A DNA stretch of 64,000 nt from Thermodesulfobacteriota bacterium (lineage in GTDB: Bacteria > Desulfobacterota_D > UBA1144 > Nemesobacterales > UBA2774): NCBI GenBank assembly GCA_965216785.1, contig OZ244197.1, forward strand, positions 640,001-704,000, written 5' to 3'. This document shows positions 20,207 to 30,927 of this stretch, piece after piece. Within the stretch, counting starts at the first letter, position 1; every line of letters starts with the position of its first letter. The notes under the pieces are model-generated. The model worked only from the letters and a program-made list of their open reading frames with translations, had not been told where the DNA came from and searched no databases. The translations under genes and the position numbers were made by a program.

Positions 20207-21901
20207 TTATCCTCCTTTTGGAGACAAGACCTGTCGGTTTACATAAATTTGCTGGCCTATTGAAAGTATATTGCTTACTGTCCAATATAGTATCAAACCT
20301 GAGGGTAATCCCCAAAATAAAACTGTAAAGATTATAGGCATAAATTGCATCATTTTCATCTGAAGCTGCATTTGCTCGTTTCCGGTCATCGTCATAGGAG
20401 TCATTTTCTGGGACAAGAACCATGACACACCCATCACTAGCGGAAGTATTCTGAACGGTACCCCGATGTAGGGTATGTCAAAAAGAGTTTCGGGCTCGGA
20501 AAGGTCGCTGATCCAGAGAAACGCGCTGTGCCTTAAATCAATTGAATGTAGAAATACGTCGTAGAGCGCTACGAAGACCGGAAGCTGTATTAAGAGCGGG
20601 AGGCAGCCTCCCAGACTGCTGAGCGGGTTGATGCCGTGGCTCGAGTAGAGCTTCATCAGCTCTGAGTTCTGTTTAGCCTTGTCGTCCTTATATTTCTCTT
20701 TAAGGGCGTCCATCTTGGGCTTGATGCCTTCCATCTTGACCTGCATTTTTTTCATGGACACCATAGTCCTGACAGTAAGGGGCAGGAACAAGACTCTTAT
20801 TATGACTGTGATTACAATTATAGATATGCCGTAATTATGGAAGTAGCGGTTTAACCATTCGAGAAAATCCAGAAGCGGCTTTGAGAGAAACGCGAACCAG
20901 CCGTAATTGATAGCTTCACCGAGGTTATATCCTACAGAATCTAGTATATCTTGCTCAAGTGGACCCAAGTAGACTTCCCAGTTTCTTATCGAAGTTTGAC
21001 CCGCGGGAATGGTATCGGTCGGGTAGCTGTAAACAGCGCGCATTACACCTTCTCTGTCACTTGGAGAAAGTCTTAAAGTCGTCTCGGCTCCGGTCTCTGG
21101 AAGAAAGGCCGACATAAAGTATTTCTCAGAGTATCCAAACCACGATATCTCGCCCTTATATACATCAGTAGTATCAGGGATGCCGCTTATTCTCTCGACG
21201 TCCTGCGATACCATAGCTACTAGTGATCTGCTGTTCTCTCCCCTCCCCTTAGACTCAATATTGCCGTACCAGAGAATATCCAGCCTTTCCTGGAGAGCAG
21301 AAGCTCCCCTGTTTTCGACCTCGAACTTTTGCTTAACCACATAGCTTGAAGCGTCTAACTCATATATCTTTTTAATGCGAATACCATCGGGTGAGTCCCA
21401 GTAAAAGGTAATTTTCTTAGTGCCATCTTTTAGAGTTACGTTCTTATCCCCATCAACTGTAAAAGGAATTAGCTCGGGGATTTTATATCCGTTAAGTTTT
21501 AAAAGAGTGCTGAACCCCGGGGGGCTGTCCATAAAGAGGTTTACCAGCTCACCGTTACCGTTTGTGCTGAGCTTATAGTCTTTTAGCTCCCAGCTTAACA
21601 TCCGAGCCCCGTAAGTGTCTATCGTTCCTCTATAGAGAGGGGTGTCTATGGTTAAAAGCTCGCCTTGCTGGGTGTCCTGTATATCGTTTTCTATGTATGA
21701 AGCATCCTCAAAGTCCTGAGTCTCCGTGAGAGAAGGTGCTTGAGAGGGATCTGAAGCGCTGCCGGTACCGGTATTCTGCTGAGAGTTTTGAGCTTCTTTA
21801 ACTGTCTCTTTTGGAGGGGTGCTAAAGAAATAGGTGTAGCCTAAAATTATGGCGAGTGATAAAACCAGGAATAGAATATAGTTTGCTTTATTGTCGGACA
21901 T
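20207..21901 (-). CDS. yidC: Membrane protein insertase YidC
   Basis: NYGISII, GGCLPLLIQLPVF, LPSGLILYWTVSN; canonical operon position. Confidence 0.96.
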   Translation of the reverse strand: MSDNKANYILFLVLSLAIILGYTYFFSTPPKETVKEAQNSQQNTGTGSASDPSQAPSLTETQDFEDASYIENDIQDTQQGELLTIDTPLYRGTIDTYGARMLSWELKDYKLSTNGNGELVNLFMDSPPGFSTLLKLNGYKIPELIPFTVDGDKNVTLKDGTKKITFYWDSPDGIRIKKIYELDASSYVVKQKFEVENRGASALQERLDILWYGNIESKGRGENSRSLVAMVSQDVERISGIPDTTDVYKGEISWFGYSEKYFMSAFLPETGAETTLRLSPSDREGVMRAVYSYPTDTIPAGQTSIRNWEVYLGPLEQDILDSVGYNLGEAINYGWFAFLSKPLLDFLEWLNRYFHNYGISIIVITVIIRVLFLPLTVRTMVSMKKMQVKMEGIKPKMDALKEKYKDDKAKQNSELMKLYSSHGINPLSSLGGCLPLLIQLPVFVALYDVFLHSIDLRHSAFLWISDLSEPETLFDIPYIGVPFRILPLVMGVSWFLSQKMTPMTMTGNEQMQLQMKMMQFMPIIFTVLFWGLPSGLILYWTVSNILSIGQQIYVNRQVLSPKGG

Positions 21902-21912
21902 CCCCTCTTCCT

Positions 21913-22137
21913 TTACCGTAACGGATCATAACCACCGGCGCAAAGCGGGTGACACTTTGCAATCCTTTTCAGAGTGAGCCACAGGCCTCTAACAAACCCG
22001 TATTTCTGAAATGCTTCTAAAGCATACTCCGAACAACTAGGGTAGAACCTGCAGGAAGACGGTAAAATAGGGGATATAAGATATTTGTAAGCTTTTATAA
22101 ATATGGTAGCCAGATAAACCGGAAAATCTGTCAGCAT
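21913..22137 (-). CDS. yidD: Membrane protein insertion efficiency factor YidD
   Basis: [18 protein letters not shown]...GGYDP. Confidence 0.95.
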   Translation of the reverse strand: MLTDFPVYLATIFIKAYKYLISPILPSSCRFYPSCSEYALEAFQKYGFVRGLWLTLKRIAKCHPLCAGGYDPLR

Positions 22138-22487
22138 GACAATATTGACCTTACGCTTTCTTCTATCTCTCGTCTAGCTTGAGAGTAACTGAGCGATTCA
22201 CTACCTCTATTCGCTATAAATACAATATCCAGTGATCCAAAGAGGGATTTATTATTTCTGAATACTTCACGAAGCACCCTCTTAAACCGATTCCGACCGA
22301 CTGCACTAGGCACTTTCTTCTTGCCGGCTATAAGCCCAATTCTGGAATATCCAAGTGAGTTTGGAACGTAGAGAATATCAAAATACTCACGCCTGAGCTT
22401 CTTGCTCTTCCCAAAAATATCCTCGTATTGAGAGGTTTTTCTGATTTTTAATTCTTTCGGGAAGGATAAACCAGGTCCAAAGCTCAT
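22131..22487 (-). CDS. rnpA: RNase P protein component
   Basis: [13 protein letters not shown] (RNR motif); between rpmH and yidD. Confidence 0.93.
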   Translation of the reverse strand: MSFGPGLSFPKELKIRKTSQYEDIFGKSKKLRREYFDILYVPNSLGYSRIGLIAGKKKVPSAVGRNRFKRVLREVFRNNKSLFGSLDIVFIANRGSESLSYSQARREIEESVRSILSC

Positions 22488-22633
22488 TTCTTCCAGCGCT
22501 GAACAGTAAGACTGTGTCTGCCCTTTGCTATCCGCCTCTTAAGAGTGCGTCTTCCGGTTTTCGTACTCATTCTTTCACGAAATCCGTGCACCCTCAATCT
22601 TTTCGTTACATGTGGTTGATATGTTCTTTTCAT
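22484..22633 (-). CDS. rpmH: 50S ribosomal protein L34
   Basis: MKRTYQP...[13 protein letters not shown]...KGRHSLT; start at ATG 22633. Confidence 0.96.
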   Translation of the reverse strand: MKRTYQPHVTKRLRVHGFRERMSTKTGRRTLKRRIAKGRHSLTVQRWKK

Positions 22634-23131
22634 AATGCGAGGTAAAAAACTAACACGAAAAGAATTGTTGGTCAAGAAGAATAATACGTATGTAAGGATG
22701 CTCGCCGGGTCAGAGTATGAAGAGCTCTAAGAACTCATGCAATTTATCATTGAGGCATGGAAGAATGCCAATACAAAAGATACAAGTTCCGTGGTTAAAC
22801 CCCTCCGGAACCAAAATGGCCCGTTAGTAAATACGCTCTGTTTTCTCCTGAACATCTAATAATTTACAAACGAAATAGAAACAAAGCTTCTTAGCATTTG
22901 CGAAGGCAGGTGTTGACAACCTCTGTTTCAGCCTTATAGTATTAGCCAAAGAAAAAACATATTGGTTTTGTGACGGGTTATAGGTAATAATATATCGTTT
23001 GTATTTGGGTCAACTCCAGAATAAAAAAAGGTCATTGAATAGCGGGACATATTCAGACAGTATTAGTTGTATTGGAATTCAATTAGCTTCCGCGCAAACT
23101 ATTGATACACACAGTTGGGAGAGAGAATTAG

Positions 23132-23863
23132 ATGTTTAAAAGAATATATGATTTTATAATGCTATCTACAATGGGCTTTATTAAGGTTTCGTTGTTCCTC
23201 TTATTATTTGTGGTTTCCTTATTTTTCATAATGAAGTCCGGTGAGCTGAAAGGAGCGGGAACTACAGCGTTCTCAAGCTACCTCACAACCCCAAGTATTA
23301 GTGAGACAAAGGTCTCTGAATATGAGAGTCTAACTCAAAGCAACACCGAAATTCTCGGGGAAATAACGCCTGAAGAAGCTGAAGTATTTTTATTTATACT
23401 CAGGTTTTCAGATTCCATGAACTCTACTGAGGCAAGAAAACTCGCGACCTTAATAATTGAGGAATGTGACAATTATGATCTCGATCCGTTTTTGATACTC
23501 GCCGTAATACAAATCGAGAGCGAATTTACCCCTAAAGCCGTGTCTGGTCAGGGCGCAATAGGGCTCATGCAGGTCATGCCAGCAACAGGGAAGTTTTTAG
23601 CAAAAGAACTGGGTATTTCGTATAACGGTAAAAACACTCTTTATGACCCGTTTATTAACGTTAAGCTCGGAATCCACTACCTGTCATTCCTGGAAGATAG
23701 GTTTGACTCTACAGAAAATGCGCTTGCGGCTTATAACTACGGGCCTACCAGGTATGAAAACACGCTGAGCTTAAAGAAATCTCCACCTAAATATGTTAGA
23801 AAGGTGCTAGATTTTAAAGACTTTCTAGAAGAAGAGAGCATTCTTTTGGCTAAGAGAAGCTGA
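23132..23863 (+). CDS. Lytic transglycosylase (SLT domain), membrane-anchored
   Basis: IQIESEF (catalytic E), GAIGLMQVMPAT, ALAAYNYG; N-terminal TM. Confidence 0.9.
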   Translation: MFKRIYDFIMLSTMGFIKVSLFLLLFVVSLFFIMKSGELKGAGTTAFSSYLTTPSISETKVSEYESLTQSNTEILGEITPEEAEVFLFILRFSDSMNSTEARKLATLIIEECDNYDLDPFLILAVIQIESEFTPKAVSGQGAIGLMQVMPATGKFLAKELGISYNGKNTLYDPFINVKLGIHYLSFLEDRFDSTENALAAYNYGPTRYENTLSLKKSPPKYVRKVLDFKDFLEEESILLAKRS

Positions 23864-23957
23864 CTCTGAGGCCAGGCTGCTCACAGACTTTAAATCCATA
23901 CACTGATTACTCATGACATAAAAGTGTTTCATAGAGGATTATGTATAATTCCTGTAT

Positions 23958-24833
23958 ATGAAATATGGTATTGCCCTGCCCAATTTTGGGAAATACTCGC
24001 AAAAAGAAAGTATCATCGAGCTTGCTCAAGCAGCCGAGGCGCTCGATTATGATTCGATATGGGTAAGCGACCATGTCGTAATACCCACCTCACATCAGGG
24101 ATTTGGAGACAAATTCCTGGACCCTTTAACTACACTTACATTTTTAGCCGCCAGAACAAGCAAGATAAAACTCGGAACGAGTGTGATAGTCCTCCCGTAC
24201 CGAAACCCGGTGGTGCTCGCTAAGGCAGTATCAACACTGGACGAGCTATCAAACGGCAGAGTTGTCCTGGGTGTGGGAGCCGGCTGGCTTAAGGACGAAT
24301 TCGATGCACTAGGCATGCGGCATGGTGAAAGGGGCGCAGTAACAGATGAGTACATAGATGTTCTGAAAAACCTCTGGACTGAGGATAACCCTGAGTTCAG
24401 GGGGAATTATATTGAATATTCAAACATCAAATTTCTTCCTAAACCACTACAAATACCCCACCCGCCCATATGGGTAGGCGGAGGAAGCACAGCAGCCATT
24501 GAGCGTGCGGTGAATAGAGGTGATGGGTGGCACCCTGTGGGGCTTACCCCATCTGAACTTAAGGAAAAGGTACATTACATAAATAAGCTACTGGAAAAAA
24601 CGAAAAGAAACTCGGGCGATTTTAATATATCTTTAAGAAGAAACCTTGAGATAACGGACAAAAAAGATATCGACGAAAATGAGACTCTGAGGGGAACTCC
24701 TGAGAAAATCGCGCGCGGTATCGAGGATTATAAGGATGCAGGTGTTACGCACTTTGTATTTCATCTGCTTGGGGGTGAATTTAAGGGGCTAGTAAGAACA
24801 ATGCAGGTTTTTTCTGAACAGATAATCAGATAG
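23958..24833 (+). CDS. LLM-class (putatively F420-dependent) oxidoreductase
   Basis: YDSIWVSDH, LGTSVIVLPYRNP, TLDELSNGR, PKPLQIPHPPIWVGG. Confidence 0.9.
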   Translation: MKYGIALPNFGKYSQKESIIELAQAAEALDYDSIWVSDHVVIPTSHQGFGDKFLDPLTTLTFLAARTSKIKLGTSVIVLPYRNPVVLAKAVSTLDELSNGRVVLGVGAGWLKDEFDALGMRHGERGAVTDEYIDVLKNLWTEDNPEFRGNYIEYSNIKFLPKPLQIPHPPIWVGGGSTAAIERAVNRGDGWHPVGLTPSELKEKVHYINKLLEKTKRNSGDFNISLRRNLEITDKKDIDENETLRGTPEKIARGIEDYKDAGVTHFVFHLLGGEFKGLVRTMQVFSEQIIR

Positions 24834-24864
24834 AATTTAAACAAGGGGGTAACAAACCGTGTAT

Positions 24865-25281
24865 ATGAAAACTATAATAATAATTCTTATTGTAGCGCTT
24901 GTTGTAATCCAGTTTATTCCGGTGAGTAAAACTAATCCTCCCGTGACCGGGGAGATAAACGCACCTGAGAGCGTAATGAAAGTTTTTAAGACCTCCTGTT
25001 ACGACTGTCATTCGAACGAAGTGGTATGGCCTTGGTATTCAAGAGTGGCACCGGTGTCGTGGCTCGTGGCTTATGATGTGAACGAGGCACGGGACCATTT
25101 TAATTTCTCCGAGTGGAGTAGTGACAGCGCTGAGGACCGTCAGGATAATAGGGAAGAGATATGGGAAGAGGTGGAAGAGGGACACATGCCTCTGTGGTAT
25201 TACGTAATTATGCACCCGGAAGCTAAACTCTCGGCAGAGGATAAAGAGATTATTAAGAAATGGTCTCAGGGGAGCGAGTAA
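24865..25281 (+). CDS. Haem-binding domain protein (c-type CxxCH, Haem_bd-like)
   Basis: Signal anchor ..IQFIP; SCYDCHSN, WPWYSRVAPVSW, NFSEW, HMPLWYY. Confidence 0.85.
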   Translation: MKTIIIILIVALVVIQFIPVSKTNPPVTGEINAPESVMKVFKTSCYDCHSNEVVWPWYSRVAPVSWLVAYDVNEARDHFNFSEWSSDSAEDRQDNREEIWEEVEEGHMPLWYYVIMHPEAKLSAEDKEIIKKWSQGSE

Positions 25282-25289
25282 TATTGATC

Positions 25290-25346
25290 CCTATCCTTAA
25301 TCCTTCCCCCTACCCTAGATCGGGGGAAGGAATTAGGTAGGATAGG
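25290..25346. terminator. Stem-loop between convergent genes (probable terminator or REP-like element)
   Basis: TCCTTCCCCC(25301-10)/GGGGGAAGGA(25322-31) plus outer CCTATCCT/AGGATAGG. Confidence 0.6.
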
Positions 25347-25363
25347 ATAGTATCTAGTAGTGA

Positions 25364-25813
25364 TTATTTACTATGTTTTTCCCGGTGTTTCTCGCGGTGT
25401 TTTTCTTTCCAGTTCTGTACAAACTCGTTCACGCCGTCTATTTGCTCTGGTGAAAGAACCTGCCGCATATCTAGCTTCATATCGATCTTAGCCCTTTTAG
25501 CATCGTAATTGGCTTCAGAAAGAGCATCGAAGGCGCTAATAACATCACCGCGTGGTGCTTCCGCTTTTGACATAGTGTCGTAAAAAGCGGTCCTTTTCTC
25601 TTTAACTACGCTGCCAAGCTCCTCTAAACGGGGCTCATAGGACTTATAAATAGCTTGCAGCTCTGAGTACTGCTGGTCTGTGAGGTTGATTTCCTGAGTG
25701 ATTTTCTCATTTTCCCACCACTTCCAAACACCTTTTCCGTGTCCGTGTCCCGCGAAAGCCGAAGCTGTCATCACTAAAACTAAAAATAGAGGTAAAACTA
25801 TGTATCTTCTCAC
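25364..25813 (-). CDS. Periplasmic Spy/CpxP / heavy-metal-sensor-like protein
   Basis: Signal peptide; WW..INLTDQQ and VLSPEQ (LTxxQ-like) motifs; His-containing N- and C-terminal segments. Confidence 0.75.
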   Translation of the reverse strand: MRRYIVLPLFLVLVMTASAFAGHGHGKGVWKWWENEKITQEINLTDQQYSELQAIYKSYEPRLEELGSVVKEKRTAFYDTMSKAEAPRGDVISAFDALSEANYDAKRAKIDMKLDMRQVLSPEQIDGVNEFVQNWKEKHREKHREKHSK

Positions 25814-26017
25814 TTTACTACCTCCGAAAATGGAATTTATAGATATAAACAGCTATCTGTGGAAAAGGTTTCAAACTATCACAGTGTGCAAGCTATATTT
25901 GTCCCGCTCTTTTAGACAGTTTCATATACCTATACCGTTGACATAAAGTTCAGATTCATGAGATAATGGGGGAGTATTGTTAAGCACATGATATCTATTG
26001 TCATCGGGAGAAGATAA

Positions 26018-27028
26018 TTGGAAAACGGAGATATGAAATATGTAGCGGCCTCAGTGCAGATGGCGCCGGTATTTTTAAATAAAGATGAAACTATAGGGAA
26101 GGTTGTTAGCCTAATTGAAGAAGCTTCTGCAGAGGGTGCAAGCCTGATAGTGTTCCCTGAAGCAACTGTACCGGGGTACCCCTACTGGCCCAAGGACCTT
26201 GGCACACCTGAGGGAAGAAAGCTCATAATCGACGCTTATACTGAACTTCACTCAAACTCGGTTGAGATCCCGGATGAAGATACAGACAAACTGTGCATGG
26301 CCGCGAAGAAAGCCGGGGCCTATGTCATTATAGGCGTAAATGAAAAAGAGGGCGGGACACTCTACAATACAATCCTATATATCGACAGTAGCGGAGAGAT
26401 TCTCGGAAAGCATAGAAAGCTCATGTCCATAGACAGTGAGAAATGTATTTGGGCAAACGGCGGGGCTGAGGACTTGTGCGTATTTAATACCGAGATAGGC
26501 AACCTGGGTGGGTTCTTCTGCTACGAGCACCACCTTACGCTCGCAAAATACGCAATGTACCAAAAGGGCGAGCAGATACACGCAGGGCTTTGGGCGGGAC
26601 ACGGTTTCGTGAAGCCCACAATGGACTTTGCGAGCCGTCAGTACGCTTTTGAGGGACAGGTGTTTGTGATAGCATCATCAGGATATATAAATGAAAGCAT
26701 GATCCCTGACAGCTTCGCTCTTAAAAAAAATACTCTATGGGATTTTCCGGGAGGAAGCGGCATTATAAACCCGAGAGGTGAGTATATCGCGGGACCTGTA
26801 TATGATCATGAGGACATCGTATACGCGGACATAGATACAAATTTGATATTAAGAGCTAAGGCGGCGATAGACTCCACGGGGCATTTTTCAAGGCCCGATA
26901 TTCTGAAACTCAATATAAGTGAGAGCGGGGACGGCGAAGAAACGCAAGATAAGCTTGATTCACTCAAGGAGAGCATCGATAATCTTAATGAGAGGATATT
27001 GAGTCTTGAGGATAAGCTCGAGAGCTGA
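26018..27028 (+). CDS. Nitrilase-family hydrolase (second)
   Basis: FPEATVPGYP, HRKL, CYEH, DSTGHFSRPD; TTG start with SD GGAG; coiled-coil tail. Confidence 0.88.
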   Translation: MENGDMKYVAASVQMAPVFLNKDETIGKVVSLIEEASAEGASLIVFPEATVPGYPYWPKDLGTPEGRKLIIDAYTELHSNSVEIPDEDTDKLCMAAKKAGAYVIIGVNEKEGGTLYNTILYIDSSGEILGKHRKLMSIDSEKCIWANGGAEDLCVFNTEIGNLGGFFCYEHHLTLAKYAMYQKGEQIHAGLWAGHGFVKPTMDFASRQYAFEGQVFVIASSGYINESMIPDSFALKKNTLWDFPGGSGIINPRGEYIAGPVYDHEDIVYADIDTNLILRAKAAIDSTGHFSRPDILKLNISESGDGEETQDKLDSLKESIDNLNERILSLEDKLES

Positions 27029-27065
27029 AGCGCAAACAATTAGAGAGCGCATGTGTATTTATAAA

Positions 27066-28616
27066 TCACCCATCGCCGTTAACGGAACTGATTAAGTCCT
27101 GTTTTAAGTCCCAGAGTTTTTGAGATACGGATACGTGATAAATATGGGGGTTCATTATACGCTTTACACCCAAGTCCAGCCTGTCCATATCCCTTGATCT
27201 AACCTCTCTTATTTCCTCTATTGATGGAAAATCGTAGACGAGCTCGCCTTTGTCTAGAATCTTCACTAACAGAGGCTCTACAGCACTGACTTGATCCTGT
27301 GCGAGTGCCCTGTGCTTTGAATGGTCGATTGGGTGGCGGAGAACGATCTCCTTTGACCCCTCAGGGCTAGGCTCATCCACTGTGAGTAGGTCTGCCGTAG
27401 CGCGACCCCTTTTATCATAGATGCGAAAGACTTGCTTGTTTCCGGGATTAAGGGTTTTAAGCGGAGTCTCAGACAGCTTAATGGCCGGAGCCCAGCCCGC
27501 GCCGTCTTTTACGGAAACAAGCTTGTACACGCCGTCCAAAGCAGAGCACCCCTCAGAGGTAATGAGCCTTGTACCGACTCCGTACACCAGGCGGTCAATA
27601 AGTTTTTCCGGGTCGAGCCCGTAGCGAGGGGCCTCTTCCTCAACCTGGGTGATGATCTGCCATATCACAAGCTCGTCAAGCTGGTTTGAAAGAACGATTT
27701 TGGTATCGGGAAAACCTGCCTCGTTTAACATCTTGGCTGCCTGAATGCTTAAGAAAGCAAGATCGCCCGAGTCAAGCCTTATTCCTATAGGCTCATGCCC
27801 TTTGGCCCTGAGCTCGTTAAACACTGTCACGGCATTGGGAATACCGCTCTCAAGTGTATTAAACGTGTCCACTAACAAAAGGCAATCATCGGGGTAGAGC
27901 TCGGCGTATGCCCTGAAAGCACTGAGCTCGCCTCCACCTAAAGCCATGAATGCCTGAACCATGCTATGGGCATGTGTGCCCTTGGGCGCGTAACCGAGAG
28001 CGCGAGAGATGCTTACACACGATGAGAAGTCGGCGCCTCCGATGAGCGCAGCCCTGACCCCGGCGTTCACCCCCGAGTCCTGACCCCGGCGCATGCCGAA
28101 TTCAAGAATAGAGTTCCCGCGCGCGGCCTCCTTTATACGCATTGCTTTTGTAGCAATGAGCGTCTGATAATTTAATTTGTTTAGAAGAGCAGACTCTAAG
28201 ATCTGTCCCATGGCTAAAGGACCCCTTATCACGGTTAAAGGTGTGTTCGGGTGAACAACCCTGCCCTCGGGGATCGAGTACAATGTTATCTCTCTAAAAT
28301 TACCGTTTCCTTTTAACCAGGCGAGAAAGTCATCCTTAAAAATTCTCTCACCGGTAGATCCTGTTTGACTACGCAGATACTCTATTTCTCCATCGCCGAA
28401 CGAGCTTTCCACAACCCAGTCAACCAGGGTTTCAAGCCCGGCGTTTATGCAATAACCCGCTTTATGTAAGCCGTAATCTGGGTAGCTGCGGAAAAAATGG
28501 TCGAATTGAGCCTCCTTCTCGTGAATACCCATCGTGAAATACAGCTGAGCCATAGTCAGCTGGTACTGATCCGTGAATAAGATTCCGTCCTCTGATTTAT
28601 ATAATTCTTTGCTCAT
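27066..28616 (-). CDS. pncB: Nicotinate phosphoribosyltransferase
   Basis: [39 protein letters not shown]. Confidence 0.93.
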   Translation of the reverse strand: MSKELYKSEDGILFTDQYQLTMAQLYFTMGIHEKEAQFDHFFRSYPDYGLHKAGYCINAGLETLVDWVVESSFGDGEIEYLRSQTGSTGERIFKDDFLAWLKGNGNFREITLYSIPEGRVVHPNTPLTVIRGPLAMGQILESALLNKLNYQTLIATKAMRIKEAARGNSILEFGMRRGQDSGVNAGVRAALIGGADFSSCVSISRALGYAPKGTHAHSMVQAFMALGGGELSAFRAYAELYPDDCLLLVDTFNTLESGIPNAVTVFNELRAKGHEPIGIRLDSGDLAFLSIQAAKMLNEAGFPDTKIVLSNQLDELVIWQIITQVEEEAPRYGLDPEKLIDRLVYGVGTRLITSEGCSALDGVYKLVSVKDGAGWAPAIKLSETPLKTLNPGNKQVFRIYDKRGRATADLLTVDEPSPEGSKEIVLRHPIDHSKHRALAQDQVSAVEPLLVKILDKGELVYDFPSIEEIREVRSRDMDRLDLGVKRIMNPHIYHVSVSQKLWDLKQDLISSVNGDG

Positions 28617-28841
28617 TGGAATATGAATTGCAGCTTAAACTATTATAGCCAAGATTCAATAATATCTAAATATAGGGCAAAATAGCCTTAAATCCCCAGA
28701 ATGTAACAATTTTGGGTACTTGTGGAAAAAATAAATATGTATTGACAATATTCGAATTTACCTTTAAAATTTTGTTATAATGCTATCATTGGAGGGAACT
28801 GCGTACTAATATTTGTCAGTTTGCGGTGAGAATATAGCAAA

Positions 28842-29351
28842 ATGGAAACTATCGGGAAAGTTCTAAGTTTAACACTGCTCATTATATTCGGCTCGGCGGC
28901 AGCTACCGTTTATCTGGTCGACTCTGACTTTTTTCCTGCATTACTTGAAAAAACACCTATAGTATATACTTCGGATATAGATACAAACGAGCGAGAACCG
29001 ATAGATGAAACGCTTGATATTGGTAACCAGTCTGAATACAGAAAGCTAAATAGTGAGAGTTATTTTGAAGTATCGACTGTTGATAGCCCCGATAACAATA
29101 GAGTAAACGATGCTATATGGGGACAAAACTACGATACGGCGAAATTGGCTGATAAGCAAAAGTCCGACCGGGCTATGTATCTGGCCAGCGTGAATTCGCT
29201 CTCCTCCCTTAAAGAGAGCTTAAGACACTGGAATGCACAGTATAAAAGGGCTCGTAGCCAGGGTCAGTCGCGAACTGCAAATCTGGCGTACTCAAACTAT
29301 AGGGATTACGAAAAAGCAATAGAGATAAAAAGAAAAACAGGCGCTAAGTAG
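28842..29351 (+). CDS. Hypothetical protein with N-terminal TM anchor
   Basis: 169-aa ORF filling the gap; upstream TTGACA-N17-TAAAAT. Confidence 0.65.
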   Translation: METIGKVLSLTLLIIFGSAAATVYLVDSDFFPALLEKTPIVYTSDIDTNEREPIDETLDIGNQSEYRKLNSESYFEVSTVDSPDNNRVNDAIWGQNYDTAKLADKQKSDRAMYLASVNSLSSLKESLRHWNAQYKRARSQGQSRTANLAYSNYRDYEKAIEIKRKTGAK

Positions 29352-29435
29352 GAATAGCTAACAATCTTTGAGTTCAGCTCCCCCTTAATGCAGGAAAATA
29401 ATCTAAATACAATCACCTGACTTAGGCTGTTATTT

Positions 29436-30215
29436 TTATAGCAGCAAGAATAGCTTTGTAAGGAAAAAGTCGCCGATAATAATCAGAAGTAGCGCTATAA
29501 CCACTGTGGATGTCGTGGCTCTACCCACTCCCTGGGTACCGCCCTCGGCCCTCATGCCGATATAGCAGCCGGTGATGGCGACTATAATCCCGAAGAAAAA
29601 GGTCTTGGATATACCGCTTACGAAGTCTGAAATGGTAACCCACTCAAGGATTGTCGAGATGAAAAGAGCGGGTTTAACATCAAGGTCTATATTGGACATA
29701 ATCATAGCGCCAAATATACCCGCGAAGTCAGCGATGATGGCGAGAAACGGGAATGAAATTATCGCGGCTATCAGTCTTGGAGCGACAAGCTTTTTAATAG
29801 GGTCTGCTCCGAGCGTGCTTATTGCGTCAATCTGCTCTGTTACTTTCATAGAGCCTATCTCCGCAGTGATGCCGGAACCCACTCTACCGCCTACAAGCAG
29901 GGACGTAACCACGGGTCCCAATTCCCGGACGAACGACAGAGACACCACAGGACCGACAACACCTTTTGCGCCGAACCACGCAAACCCCCAAGCGAGCTGC
30001 ACGACCATGACCATTCCTATGGCCATAGCGGAAGCGATGACAATGGGAATGGACTTAAAACCGATTTCATCTATCTGCTCTATAATAAGTTTGAAGTTGA
30101 ACGGACGGGTGATGCTCGCGAACACAGAACGATAGAAAAAGAGCCCGATCTCGCCCAAGCGCTCGATTGAAGTAACGAAATATGATCCTAGTCTGACAAT
30201 ATAATCTGCAATCAT
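29436..30215 (-). CDS. mlaE: MlaE-family ABC permease
   Basis: VRELGPV, GRVGSGITAEIGSMKVTEQIDA, GVGRATT. Confidence 0.92.
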   Translation of the reverse strand: MIADYIVRLGSYFVTSIERLGEIGLFFYRSVFASITRPFNFKLIIEQIDEIGFKSIPIVIASAMAIGMVMVVQLAWGFAWFGAKGVVGPVVSLSFVRELGPVVTSLLVGGRVGSGITAEIGSMKVTEQIDAISTLGADPIKKLVAPRLIAAIISFPFLAIIADFAGIFGAMIMSNIDLDVKPALFISTILEWVTISDFVSGISKTFFFGIIVAITGCYIGMRAEGGTQGVGRATTSTVVIALLLIIIGDFFLTKLFLLL

Positions 30216-30217
30216 TT

Positions 30218-30760
30218 TTACAACACTCTGAACTGCGAGGTGAAAGTCTTAAATTCCCCGTACCCGGTATCAAAGCTATCAGGAGAGGAGGCGTATGTAA
30301 AATCGTATATACAGCTCCCCTTTTTAAATACCAGAGTCGCAATCTTTATAGGCACGTTTTCATATGTACCCGTGTACACACTATAAAGAGCCGGCTGAGC
30401 ATCAATTAGCGCCTCTTCTCTAGATTCAAGCTCTTTAGCCTTAATCCCAATTAGTAGAGATTCCGATAAAACAGGTAGGTGGTACTTCACCTTTTTCCCG
30501 TCGCAATCCGAGTTAATGGTGATCGTAGCTTTGAGCCCGCCATTTTGGAAAACAAGGTCGCCGCCATCTACATCCTCCCTATTCCAGCCCGCCGGCAGCG
30601 TTCCTATACTGTAAGAGGTATCATCCGTTCTGTATATATTGCCGCTCAGCTCGCCGTTGTTATCATTGCCTGAGGACACATAGTACCCTACGAACCTGGT
30701 TACCGAGCAAGAGGTCAGAAACATAACGGATATAATTATACAAATAATCAGCCTGTTCAT
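30218..30760 (-). CDS. Hypothetical lipoprotein
   Basis: Lipobox LTSC; 2 nt upstream of mlaE. Confidence 0.7.
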   Translation of the reverse strand: MNRLIICIIISVMFLTSCSVTRFVGYYVSSGNDNNGELSGNIYRTDDTSYSIGTLPAGWNREDVDGGDLVFQNGGLKATITINSDCDGKKVKYHLPVLSESLLIGIKAKELESREEALIDAQPALYSVYTGTYENVPIKIATLVFKKGSCIYDFTYASSPDSFDTGYGEFKTFTSQFRVL

Positions 30761-30927
30761 TTTTACAATTAGATCTTTGAGCTATATTTACCGCACACAA
30801 AAACGAGGTCAAAAGCAACTTACATTATTATAATGGCGGGTTTTCAATAATACTTGAATCTCCCTAAAAAACCAAGCATCTAAAACCCCGATAAGAAACT
30901 TAGCCCCAAGGACATTTAAATAGGATA

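Noticed and set aside
23090-23125. GCAAACT...AGTTGGGA in the SLT leader, resembling a c-di-GMP-I riboswitch
   Set aside because: The GNRA tetraloop and the following GCAAA/P2 stem are missing.
22634-23131. oriC next to rpmH
   Set aside because: No dnaA gene and no recognisable DnaA-box cluster.
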